Below, one piece after another: positions 47,108-58,648 of a stretch of DNA of 64,000 nt. The notes under the pieces are model-generated. The model did not search any database. It was not told the origin of the DNA and was given only the letters and a program-made list of their open reading frames with translations. Both the position numbers and the translations under genes were made by a program. Origin of the DNA: Macrostomum lignano (Eukaryota). The DNA lies in contig NIVC01003532.1 in the NCBI GenBank assembly GCA_002269645.1, positions 28,636-92,635 of the forward strand, given 5' to 3'. How positions within the stretch are numbered: position 1 is the stretch's first letter; the number at the start of each line of letters is the position of its first letter.

Positions 47108-47670
47108 TTGCAGGCTGGTTATTTCTTGGAAGAACTGAAAAATGGTTTCTCGTCTGCTCTCTGATGCGGCGTTTCTTTGATTTGAAGTCAGATTTTGAAG
47201 CCAGCGCTCGGTGTTCAGAATGGAATTCTGTGATCTCCATTGAGCCAGTGTAGTTGATGGCCTTCGAAAGTGTTCTGCTGCATGAGAGGTTTATTTTGTG
47301 GAAATAATTTAATTTAAAAGCTGATCGACAGTGGCAAAAGTTTTTTAAACGTTTCAATAAAGTAAAAATTGAATGAAATTACCTGCGTTTCGGCGTCGAT
47401 GCCTTTGCTGTCCGACGTTAGCAATTATAACAAGTGACAGACTGTTGCTTTAAATATCGATATTAAACCGCTTTTGGCTTGCTTATTTCGACTTTCTGTG
47501 ATATGAATATTGTCGCCTGTCCATACCCCGGTATACTCGTATGTACGTGTATATATACTATTTTAAGCTGGAGCTTAAAACGTACCCCGCAATAATGCAC
47601 TAGCTAAAAATAGCTATTACAAACTATCTAAATATACTAAATCTTATATTCTATTTATGGAACGAACCAG

Positions 47671-48921
47671 CAGTGTTGGGCAAGTTACTCAAAAAAAGTA
47701 ACTTGCGTTACTGTAACTTAAGTTACCAATTTTTAAAAAGTAACTTACGTTAGCCTAGTAACTTTAGACAAAAACCCCGGTAACTTTTAAGTTACTGTCC
47801 GTTACTCACTTCCGTTACCCATGTTATTAACAAAATTTTCTGCTTTTTTCACATTGCACATTTTTTTCACACTGTTTTTACCGAAATTTGCCATTGGGCA
47901 TTGGGATTAACCGATTAACAGACAGAGACAGCAATTGGCGACACGATGTGAGGCAAGTAGAAGGACCGATGGGCAATGGCAATCAATAATTAAAATTATA
48001 AATGATAAAATAAACGAATATCAATAATTCAATAAAGTAAAATAAATAACTGTATAAAATGGTGTAGTGTACTGCAGTGCCAGCGGAGGGACTTGTGGAG
48101 GCTACAGATGAATTTCTTTCTTTGGTTGTTTGTTTGAATCAAACTTGAAAATTTTTAGTAACTTGAAAATGGAAACGTATGAAACATTCGCCGACACCCA
48201 CTCAGACACTTCTACAGACACTTCAGTTTCTGTCATACGAATCGTAGGAACAAGCATTAAATTTGTTTATTCCTTACAAACTACCAGTAAACTGCTTTAT
48301 TTTAAGCTTTTTTTGCTTTATTTTATTAAATCTGAATCATGAAATTTGTTATTCTGCATAGATTCTCTTCACGTGAAGAAGAATGTTAAATTTGTCCAGG
48401 ACACTTCCTAATTCATATTTAATAAAATAAAGCAAAAAAAGCCCAAAATAAAGCAGTTTACTGGTAGTTTGTAAGGAATAAACAAATTTAATGCTTGTTC
48501 CTACGATTCGTACGACAGAAACTAAAGTGTCTGTAGAAGCGTCTGAACAAGTGTCGGCGAATGTTTCATACGTAAATGAAAGGCAAAAATATTTTACTGA
48601 AATTATAACAAAGCAAAACATGTTTCAAGTATTTCTTCATTAATTAAAGCGCAATACCAAATGATACTATTCACTTAATTTTGAATTTAGGAATGAAAAA
48701 TGCAAAAACATGTGACAACCGGCGTAATAGCTAAGCATTTCAGTTTTAAATTTAAATATTGCGATTGTTGCAAAGTAACTGTAACGGACTTCTGAAATTT
48801 GAGTAACTTACCGTTACTTCGTTACTAAAATAAAAAAGTAACTTGCGTAAGGAACGCTTTACGAAAAAGTAACTTGCGTTACCATTTGCAAGTTACTCGG
48901 TAACGGAAGTGCCCAACACTG
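47671..48921. mobile_element. Non-autonomous hAT transposon
   Basis: TIR CAGTGTTGGGCA...TGCCCAACACTG; perfect 8-bp TSD CGAACCAG (47663-47670, 48922-48929); subterminal GTAAC/GTTAC repeats. Confidence 0.92.
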
Positions 48922-50319
48922 CGAACCAGTTTATTTCCAGTTGCAAATTAACAATAGCTGTTGCGTTGCAATGAGCAGTGAAAGATGGTCAATTATGAAA
49001 CGTATTTATTAGTGACGCATAGAGGCTTTTTTAGTTCGTTCTTTTACTTTTTTAGCTTCTTACGAAATATGATAACAATTATAATAGTCATTGATGCAGA
49101 AAACATTGATGCAACTATAATTACTCAACAAAGCTGCTCCCTACCAGACCTGTAAAATTTTTACATTTCACAGCCATTTTTAAAGAAAAAATTCACGATG
49201 CCTCTTTTCAGCTTGTCTTATAGTTGGAGAACTTTTTGTTTGTTGGTTAGGGATAAAAATGATGGATAATCGCAAGGGGATGCCTGGGCTATAAGCTAGA
49301 TGTGACACCACCTCCCAACCCCAGCTATTGCAGCTCCTGAGCTTTCAAGTTCTCCAATTTAAGTTACTTTATGTACAAATTTCATCACTTGGCTGTTTTA
49401 AATAGAGGAAAAAATAGTAAGGGCTTGTCAAGTGTCAGCTTCGAGCGTATTAATTTTGGTTTGTTTTACTTGTTTTCCGTTCTGAGAAACCAACCCTGGA
49501 CCGGCCGTTTCCGTTTCCGCCGAGACAGGTGCGCATTGCGTCCTAATGTGAATCATATAATACCAAAATGTATTACCTAAATGTCTCTTGCATCTTGCGT
49601 TAAACCCACCGGTGTAGATGCCAATGAGGCTGGCGACGTTGATAGATATGCAGTATTTTGTTTATCTAGGTGTTTGGTTTATTTGCATTTTTTGTACCAC
49701 CCGCAGGCTTCAAATCAAGCCAGAATGCCGACGCAGCAGAGCAGAAGCCAAGCGAATAAATAAGGTCACCAACCCTTTCCACCCCCTCCAGCAAGACAGG
49801 TCTGGTAGGTGCCCCCGTCAGATAAAACAGGTTACAGAACCGGTAATAACCGGCCCCGAAATTAAAGTCACTTGTATTTTGTTTAGCATATTTTATTATA
49901 TCTTTAGCAGGTTAAATTTCTCTAATCGATCACATAGATTGATAGATAGATAGATAGACACAGACAGACCATTTTTAGTATATAGGATTTCTGCTGAATG
50001 AGTTTAAAAGCAATATACACTCAGCAATATGTTAAAGTTTCCACCCCAAAACTAGTGGTCAACTTTCCCCAGATCTCAGCCCCAAATGACGCAATTCACA
50101 CCACGTCCGCAGGCTCGTATGGGCTGATTTCGCAATCAAGCTGATATGAATAAAAATAAACTGATATTAGTGTATTATCAATGATAATATTAAGAATTAA
50201 TTCCATCCAATTCATTAATTAATTTAATATTCAACTGATGAAAAATTCAGTCCACCACTGAATGACCACTGGCTTCGGGGTGGAAACTTTAGCATGTTGC
50301 TGAGTGTACATGTACTCTC

Positions 50320-51365
50320 GTAGGGGGCTTGACTGGGTGGCTGCGGATCGCTCTTCCGATGTCAACCGGCGTCGCGTGGGCGACGTCAACCGGAGAGGCG
50401 GCTCAGCGTGCTTGGCTACGCCGACGAATTCGCCCTGCTGTTCTTAAGTGTCGAGGGCGCTCAGTGACAACTGGACAAGCTAGTTGCTGTTGTGGCGAGT
50501 GTCAGCCACTTGATCAACACGCAGAAAACCGTCGTGCTCTCGTGCTCCGCGTGCCGGATGACATCGAGGCTGCGATTTTGTGCCGAAGCACTGTTGGACA
50601 GGCGGCAGAGCTTCCGCGTTGTCAGCAGTTCGTCTACCTCGGCGGTCTGGTTTCCGTCGTCCGCGAAGATTTGCCGCGTCGCCGCGGGCTTGCCTGGGCT
50701 GCCTTTCGTTCTGTGAGGGCAGTCCTGCAGTACCTGACCGCCAGAGGGCGGCGTTGTTTTAGGCGGTGATCGAGACCGTCCTGTTATACAACGCCGAGAA
50801 CTGGACGCTGACGGAGTCGATCGAGCAGCAAGTTGACGCGGCGCACGCTTGCCTGCTGCGTGCCGCCTTCAAGATCGGCTACAAGCGAGTGACCAACGCG
50901 GCTTTGTATCGCCGCGCCAGTTTATTCCGTCCAAGCGACCTGTTGCGCCGCCGGCGACTCCAGCTGTCAGGCCACATCCGCGCCGAGTCGTACTGCGCAC
51001 AGCCGGTGCAGGAAATGAGAAACACCGTGCTGATGGGCGAGGACAGCCCCCCGAGACGGCCGGTAGGACGGGCCATGGGTGACTGTAATCTGCTACTCGG
51101 GTGAGTGTGGCCGGAAAAATTGGCCCGAGGGTTGACCTCGAGACACAGCCCCCGCGTGAAGGGTGTATCGTTGGCATGCAGCCGGTGCAGGAGGTGCTGC
51201 TGATAACGCTGCAGGCACCCTACCGATGGGGACAGGTGCGCGCTCTGCCTGCTTGCTGACGCCGGCGCCCCGGATTCGGCCGGCGTTTGTGGTGTTCGTT
51301 CGCGACCTGGCCTTGAGACGCGCCTTGAGACGCTAACAGAGTATTTTGTGGTCTTTGTTGTCATT
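50320..51365 (+). mobile_element. 5'-truncated RTE-like LINE (end of RT to 3' UTR)
   Basis: LGYADEFALL (RT motif), INTQKTVVL, FVYLGG, VIETVLLYNAENWTLT, LLRRRRLQLSGHI; frameshifted; TTGTTG tail. Confidence 0.85.
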
Positions 51366-51654
51366 CATATAGACATATAATAATAATGGAGGGCGGTTAT
51401 TGGCCCGAACGCAACGACACCGTCTCACAACCAGCGCTGAAGCAATTCAGCCCATTCCACTGACTCCTGAGCATACAAGTGCGCTAATACTGTACGCAGA
51501 CACGCACTCATAGACACGCTCACACAGGGTGTACAGCCGCTCTGACTTTCTAATCGCCAGACATGTACACTCACTGTGCCTCGGAGTTGAGCCTCGTGGC
51601 GCGAGAGTCAGATGCATTTACCACTGAGCTGATCTGCACCTAAACCGATAATAA

Positions 51655-51740
51655 ATAATAATAATTGATTACACCTGCCCCGAAATCGAACCCCCGACCT
51701 TCAAGTCGTGAGTCCGACGCTAACCATTAGGCCCCCATCC
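51655..51740 (-). mobile_element. Short tRNA-derived SINE (same family as 12180-12435)
   Basis: Minus strand A-box TAATGGTTAGCG, B-box GGTTCGATT, then GGGCAGGTGTAAT and a TTA tail. Confidence 0.55.
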
Positions 51741-51869
51741 AGAGAGGTATACTAAGAAAAAAATACTTAAAAAAAGAAAACAACGTTAGCAGACAAACAA
51801 ACCATTTCTAATAACTTGTTCCGGTTGTACCAACTAAACCTGCTCGTAAAGATGAAATAATGACAGATA

Positions 51870-52322
51870 ACGCTGATCTGTCCGAATCCAATGCTGTTCT
51901 GTCCGAATCCTATGCAGATCTGTCCGAATCCAATGCAGATCTGTCCGAATCCAATGCAGATCTGTCCGAATCCAATGCAGATCTGTCCGAATCCAATGCA
52001 GATCTGTCCGAATCCAATGCAGATCTGGCCGAATCCAATGTCCGAATCCAGTGCAGATCTGTCCGAATCCAATGTCCGAATCCAGTGCAGATCTGTCCGA
52101 ATCCAATGCAGATCTGTCCGAATCCAATGCAGATCTGTCCGAATCCAATGCAGATCTGTCCGAATCCAATGCAGATCTGTCCGAATCCAATGCAGATCTG
52201 TCCGAATCCAATGCAGATCTGTCCGAATCCAATGCAGATCTGTCCGAATCCAATGCAGATCTGGCCGAATCCAATGCAGATCTGTCCGAATCCAATGCAG
52301 ATCTGTCCGAATCCAATGCAGA
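51870..52322. repeat. 21-bp minisatellite (TCCGAATCCAATGCAGATCTG)
   Basis: Direct reading; the same unit occurs inverted at 58244-58575. Confidence 0.92.
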
Positions 52323-52590
52323 TCGGCGGCAATCGAGTAACCGAGTGCCAGCTCGAAGTCTTCCTGCGCCCCTGCATCGTCAACGGAGTCCGCTGCCCGC
52401 CGGATGGCTCGATGAGCTTTGAAAATATAGCGAATTACGAGCTACATGGAGAGCACCAAGATGTTCTCCAGAGCACTCGCTGGCGAGCTGCCCAGGGAAT
52501 GTGACTGCGAAGACACCTGCGAGACTTGCAACCGTCGCTGCATGTACGCCATGATGAAGGTGCTCGTTCTCGAGTACAACGTCCCGGTCA
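52322..52590 (+). pseudogene. Frameshifted paralogue of exon 2 of the secreted Cys-rich gene at 57800-58648
   Basis: GGNRVTECQLEVFLRPCIVNGVRCPPDGSM, frameshift near 52440, then MESTKM...GELPRECDCEDTCETCNRRCMYAMMKVLVLEYNVPV. No signal exon seen. Confidence 0.75.
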
Positions 52591-53659
52591 GAATTCATGT
52601 TTACGAGTCTTAAATGTGTTCACAAATAACTCACAGCTTGTTAGTTCATCGATCATTGAGTTCAACCGCTGAAGCGTTTTGTGGTACTTGCTTGGTAGTT
52701 GCCATAAAGAGAGGATCGAGAAAAGCGGGAAAACGCGGTACGCCGTCTAAAAAAGAAATACCTTCATTGCCTAAAATAGCCTATGTGAAAGCAGTACTCC
52801 GAGAAATAATCATGTGACAAGCGTCAAGCCAAGATTATTTATAGCTTTACAGCCCTAGCTTTAATTCAGGTTTTTATAGTTCATGCAAACAGCGAGTGTC
52901 GATCTTCCAGCGCACACTGTTTATCTTGTGCAGAGCTCCCCCGGCTTTTCCATGACTAGTGTACTGTACTGCATTGTACTCGCGTGATAAAAATAACTGG
53001 CGGCTTTCCCATGAGTAAGTGTACGTTAATACGGCAGTGTAATTCACGAGATAAAAATAGCGCTGAAACTCAGGAAATTTCTTGAAGGTTCCATCAGATT
53101 GCTCCGATTTAAACATATATAAATAACGAGCAAAAACTGGACTGTATTAAAGAATTATAATTCTAGCAGAATTACTAGATTTACAATCCGCTGGATTTAA
53201 CGGAAAGTCGCCAACTCTATTTTATCTCATCGACTAAATCGTTACCTTGTAGTGGTAAGTGCTTAAAGCGTGTCTTATTCTTTGCTAAGATCATATTTAT
53301 CCGCTGTGAGGTCCCTAGATAGGCCACTCATTCAATGCTTTAGATGCCATAAACTCTGATGTGAGCTGGATTTATGGTCGAGACTAACTGAAATTTGTTA
53401 TTTTTTCAGTTTTAGAGCCGCGGAATGTGTCCAGAACCGTTTGAAGGACCACAGCGGTTAAGCCAAGTAATTTTTTGACTAAGCATTGTGAACCATACTG
53501 TTTTTAAGCTATACTTGGAACTGCATAAATTAGAGTAAAAATTTATTTTTACCGGCTGGCATTTATTGAGCCACTACTTTCCAAAACGTGCAGTTTTACA
53601 GCGTCGTAACATCATACCACTGAAATTTCAAAACGAAAACCCAAATTGTTAGTACACTT

Positions 53660-54015
53660 CATATACCCAAATTTACACATACCCGAAATTTCACATACCC
53701 AAATTTTCACATACCCAAATTTCACATACCCAAATTTTCACATACCCAAATTTTCACATACCCAAATTTTCACATACCCAAATTTTCACATACCCAAATT
53801 TTCACATACCCAAATTTTCACATACCCAAATTTTCACATACCCAAATTTTCACATACCCAAATTTTCACATACCCAAATTTTCACATACCCAAATTTTCA
53901 CATACCCAAATTTTCACATACCCAAATTTTCACATACCCAAATTTTCACATACCCAAATTTTCACATACCCAAATTTTCACATACCCAAATTTTCACATA
54001 CCCGAAATTTCACAT
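53660..54015. repeat. 16-bp minisatellite (CACATACCCAAATTTT), about 21 units
   Basis: Direct reading. Confidence 0.92.
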
Positions 54016-55007
54016 AGCAAAAGTTCACATACTTAGAAGTTTACGTCGAATTGCACAATGTCGAAATAACCTTTAGAGATAAGACTATAAACTAGAATTT
54101 TAAAATAGGTAATTTCCCTAATTTCACACTTTGCTCTTTCCGTAATTTCTATACTCACTTATCTGGATACGAAGGTCCTGTGTGATAACCTGATATTGTT
54201 AGGATAGTCTCCAAATCTGCTGGAAATGTTATTTTTCAGCTGATATTATGGGAATTATAAAACTTCTGCCCAACCTTAATTAAATATTGAATACTAGGTC
54301 CGGGAGCTCAGCTAGGATGTGCAATTTTCTGTTTAAGAAATGAAACAAAATGGATGACTGCTGGTAATAAGTGTCCTAAGTGTAAGTGTGGTCTTCTAAG
54401 TGTAAATTCGACGTTGTGAAATTTTAGAGTTGTGAAACCAACTGTCGCTGTATTATAACAAAACGTAAAAATCAAAGATGGAGTAATTTTTAGAAAGCCA
54501 ATTTCCAGGAGAAATACACTGCGGAGATTGGAAAAATTATTTTTTCCATAAAAAAATCAATAAATGCATTTGATATGGGTCAGTGAAGATTACCCCTTCT
54601 TCAATTGCACAGCAACAATATAAAACACAATATTCACCTGTTTCCATGCTAAATTAAAGGAATGGTAATCTCAACTGGCCTGAATCAAATGCAAATATTG
54701 ATATTGTAACGAAAAAATGATTTTTCGTGGAAATCGGCCTCCTAAAAACCTACCAGATTTATGAGTTTTACGTCCTGGTATACTACAGTGTTCGTTTTGT
54801 AAAACTTCGGAGTTGAAAGTAAAGTTCACATTTCGCTGATATAAGATACTTTCCTTAGATTTATAACAGTCTAGCACTCTCTAATGGCAAATATTTAGGC
54901 CTCTAGTTATCTTTTGCCATAAAGAACGCCCATTACGAGCGTAAATAAGGATCTGTAGATAAACAAAGTTACATGAATTTCTAATCTACTAATGTTTTAG
55001 CCAAAAA

Positions 55008-57047
55008 ATGCACTCGACAAGACAACAAAGTTACTTCCCTCAAGCATCCGCCGGTGTGGCAAAGAAGTTTCGAGCGGCCAACGGAACAGGCAGCTCTGTG
55101 GAAAATATTATGCATTTAATTTCCAGTCTCACACAACCTGCAAGCGGCTGCAACTTCTATGTAACTTTAGACGACAAAACACTTCAGCGGTTGAACTCAA
55201 TGGTCGATGAGGTCACAAGCTGCACTCGAGACCGACTTCCGCTAGACAACATGGAACTAATTCAGGAACACCAAAAAATGAGCTTCACAGGTGAAATGTT
55301 TCAAAAGTTGCTTCAACATGCAGCCACAGAAATTTCAAAGTTCCTGATGATGAATGTTAGACAGAATACTCAGGCTTCAGAAATGAATTTACGGGCAGCG
55401 CAACAAGGAAATAAGGCTCAAACAGGTAAGAGCAAGGTGCTGCGGTACTACAACAACAGCACACCTGGTGGCAGAGCGTCATCCGTGCCGCAGACTCTGG
55501 ACTTCCGCAATCAGCGATGGGACACGAGTGGAATGCCGGCCTCGATTCCACAACACCTGTGGGACATGAGACGAGAGGAGAACAGGTGGCAGTCCTTCCA
55601 CCTGCCGGATGCCAGCTTCACAGCGGCTCACCTGGTGTCAGTGACGGATCTGGCTGCTGACGGATTCTTCTACCTGCAGGAGTCGGACAGAGTAAAGTGT
55701 GCATTCTGCAAGGGTGTGCTCAAGGACTGGGAGGCGGGCGAGCAGGTCCGAGAGGCTCACAGACGCCACTTCTCCACCTGTCCGTTCGTGCTGTTCGTCG
55801 AGGTCGGCAACGTGCCTCGAGACCACAGAGAGCCGGAAGGAGTCTCGAGGTCAGCAAAGCTGGTAGAGGCAGTGCAGTGCAGTGATCAGACTGCAGATGA
55901 TGCAGCAGTGATGGTGAACGGAGACTGGAGCATGAATCTGGTCGCTGAGCTACCACCGATGGAGTTCGCTGGACTGAACGAGTGGGCGCTGGCGACACGC
56001 GCAACTTTTGGAACGAATGCAGAACGCGTTGTGGACAATAAGCTGGTCGCTTTCGACATGATGAAGCGTCCTCAGCTTCCAGTGTCGAGCGAAGTAGCGA
56101 GATCTGCGTGCTCCGAGAGAGCTCTCACGAACCTGTCCGCTCTGCAGCACAGTGTCGAGAGTGATCCATCGAGTGTGACTGCCAAACACACACAGTTCGA
56201 GACCTACCAAGCGAGGTCGCAGTCTCTGCACTCGGCTCTCGTTCAGCAGCCAGTGTACTTGCTTGCAAAGGCGGGCTTCTTCTACTCGGAAGCCGAGAGA
56301 GCGACCTGCTGCTTCAGCTGCGGACTTTGCATGAGCGAGTGGAGCTGCGACGATGATGTGTGGGTTGAGCACGCCAGGTGGTCACCTCGGTGTCCTCACG
56401 TGTTGTTGGAGCGAGGTAGCGACTTTGTACAGGCGGTGCATCGACTGTCGCCTCCCGTGCAGCACCCGACTTGTGGCGCCTCAGCTCAGCGTCACACTGC
56501 ATTGGTACAGACGGACTCAACTGCATCAGCTGGTGTTGCGACTGTCGACGGGTCCGCAGTCCACAGCAGTCGCGCAGACGAGGCTCTCGCAGTCACTCCT
56601 GGAGTCGAGTTCAGAGTCGAGGCCAGAGACATCAAGGCGAGAGCCGACCTGCCCGTTGTGAGACTGCTCACTCAGCTCGGATTCTCCGCTCTGCAAGTGA
56701 GACTGTTCACAGAGCTGCATCTCAGACAGCGAGGCGATGACTTTGCCACATCGGAGCTGTTCCTCGACTTCATGCTCACCGAGAGCCGCCGCATGCGCAA
56801 GCAGTCGCAGGACCCGGAGACGTTCTTCGAGAGCAGGATGTCTCAGATTCGAGAGTCTCTGAACCATCAGCCGAGACCCCGAGACACAACCGACTGGAAG
56901 ACGTGCAAGGTGTGCATGGACAAGGAGGTGAACATCATACTGCTGGACTGTGGTCACGTGGCCTGCTGCTCAGTGTGCGCCAAGTCGCTGAAGACGTGCC
57001 CCATCTGCAGAGCCTTCATTCGGGGTGTACTTTTTCTGCGGGACTGA
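55008..57047 (+). CDS. IAP copy 6: variable N-terminus + BIR-BIR-UBA-RING
   Basis: 679-aa uninterrupted ORF from ATG; BIR and RING motifs intact. Confidence 0.93.
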   Translation: MHSTRQQSYFPQASAGVAKKFRAANGTGSSVENIMHLISSLTQPASGCNFYVTLDDKTLQRLNSMVDEVTSCTRDRLPLDNMELIQEHQKMSFTGEMFQKLLQHAATEISKFLMMNVRQNTQASEMNLRAAQQGNKAQTGKSKVLRYYNNSTPGGRASSVPQTLDFRNQRWDTSGMPASIPQHLWDMRREENRWQSFHLPDASFTAAHLVSVTDLAADGFFYLQESDRVKCAFCKGVLKDWEAGEQVREAHRRHFSTCPFVLFVEVGNVPRDHREPEGVSRSAKLVEAVQCSDQTADDAAVMVNGDWSMNLVAELPPMEFAGLNEWALATRATFGTNAERVVDNKLVAFDMMKRPQLPVSSEVARSACSERALTNLSALQHSVESDPSSVTAKHTQFETYQARSQSLHSALVQQPVYLLAKAGFFYSEAERATCCFSCGLCMSEWSCDDDVWVEHARWSPRCPHVLLERGSDFVQAVHRLSPPVQHPTCGASAQRHTALVQTDSTASAGVATVDGSAVHSSRADEALAVTPGVEFRVEARDIKARADLPVVRLLTQLGFSALQVRLFTELHLRQRGDDFATSELFLDFMLTESRRMRKQSQDPETFFESRMSQIRESLNHQPRPRDTTDWKTCKVCMDKEVNIILLDCGHVACCSVCAKSLKTCPICRAFIRGVLFLRD

Positions 57048-57799
57048 TGAACTCGTACAGTGGGTGGACTGTGAATTTTTTATACCTGGTAGTCAATAAT
57101 GGTATTTCTCAACGTTTACTTTGCTTTTCTATCAAAAATGTATCTTTATCATTTTCTTTTTGTTTTTTGAACTGTCTTTCAGTTTTAAAAGCTTTTGTTT
57201 TCAGCTATTGCGTGAGACAATAGTTTGTTTGTCCCACTCCGTATTTCCGCCTATTTATCCAGTCCAGTCTTACATAAAATTCGGTTTAAAGCTGTCTAAT
57301 TACGAGCGTACTTGCTTATCTAAATATACTAAATCTCTAATATTTGTTTGTATGTTTGTCCATAACGCTCTAGAGATTGCAATTCTTGACAGATTTCCAT
57401 ATACTAAAAATGGTTTGTTTGTTTGTTTGTTTGTACGAAATCGATTATCTCCCAAAAGGCTTGACCGATTTTCTTTGAACTTGCACTGTTCGATCAGAAT
57501 TTTTTCCGTGAGGGTACATGCATCGTGGCTAAGAAATTACTCGATGTTAAAGAGATTAAATATTCGAAAAAAAATCTCTAAAACTTTAAGACTAAAGCCA
57601 TTAATCAAAAAATTGAAAGACCTGAAATTACCCATGCAGACTTTGCTCCTTAGTCTTCAGTCATGCCTTGGCAGTGAAGCAGGGGATAATTAATTTATTT
57701 GGTGGTATATTTATTACTAGTAATTAAACCAGTGGAAGTTTAATAGAATTGTTTAATCTATTCATCGTAAAACATCCACCTAATTCTGATCTGCAGCGA

Positions 57800-58648
57800 T
57801 CAGCCTTGAAAACCGAAGAATCGCTTCGACTGAGGAGCACCGACGGGAATGTTGTACTCGAGGATGAGCACCTTCATCATGGCGTACATGCAGCGCCTGT
57901 TGCACCTCTCGCTGCTATCGTCGCAGTCGCATTCGCTGGGCAACTCGCCAGCCAGCATCCTGGTGGCCATCTTGGTGTTCTCCATGTTCTCCACGATCTT
58001 GTCGTAGCTCAGAGAGCCATCCGGCGGGCAGCGGACTCCGTTGACGATGCAGGGGCGCAGGAAGGCTTCGAGCTGGCCCTCGGTGAGCCGGTTGCGGCCG
58101 CCCGGCTGAGCAGACTGGGAAAGAGCGAGTTAAGATTGAGTATGCACAGAATTATTAGCTGCAATTATGAGTATTGAGAGCGTTCATTTACATGTAAGAG
58201 TCACGTCTGTATTGGATGTGGACGGGCATCTGGACGGGAATCAGCACTGGATTCGGACAGATCTGCATTGGATTCGGACAGATCTGCACTGGATTCGGAA
58301 AGATTTGCACTGGATTCGGACAGATCTGCACTGGATTCGGACAGATCTGCATTGGATTCGGGCATATCTGCATTGGATTCGGACATTCTGGAAGATCTGC
58401 ATTGGATTCGGGCATATCTGCATTGGATTCGGACATTCTGGAAGATCTGCATTGGATTCGGGCATATCTGCATTGGATTCGGACATTCTGGAAGATCTGC
58501 ATTGGATTCGGACAGATCTGCACTGGATTCGGACAGATCTGCATTGGATTCGGACAGATCTGCACTGGATTCGGAGATTCACAATAAATAGAGGTCTTAC
58601 CACAGTGGCCACGATGGCAAAAAGAGCAGCACAGACGATGAGCTTCAT
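57800..58648 (-). CDS. Two-exon secreted 120-aa Cys-rich precursor (exons 58648-58601 and 58114-57800)
   Basis: Exon 1 MKLIVCAALFAIVATV, donor GTG|GTAAGA, acceptor CTCTTTCCCAG|TCT, in frame. Spliced product has a signal peptide ending VSA|Q, six Cys and C-terminal SKRFFGFQG*. Confidence 0.8.
58244..58575. repeat. 21-bp minisatellite inside the intron of the secreted-protein gene
   Basis: GGATTCGGACAGATCTGCA(C/T)T units between the donor and acceptor. Confidence 0.9.

Noticed and set aside
51767-52504. SESNADL / CPNPMQI repeat proteins
   Set aside because: The same 21-bp repeat lies inside a canonical GT-AG intron in the intact paralogue, so it is non-coding.
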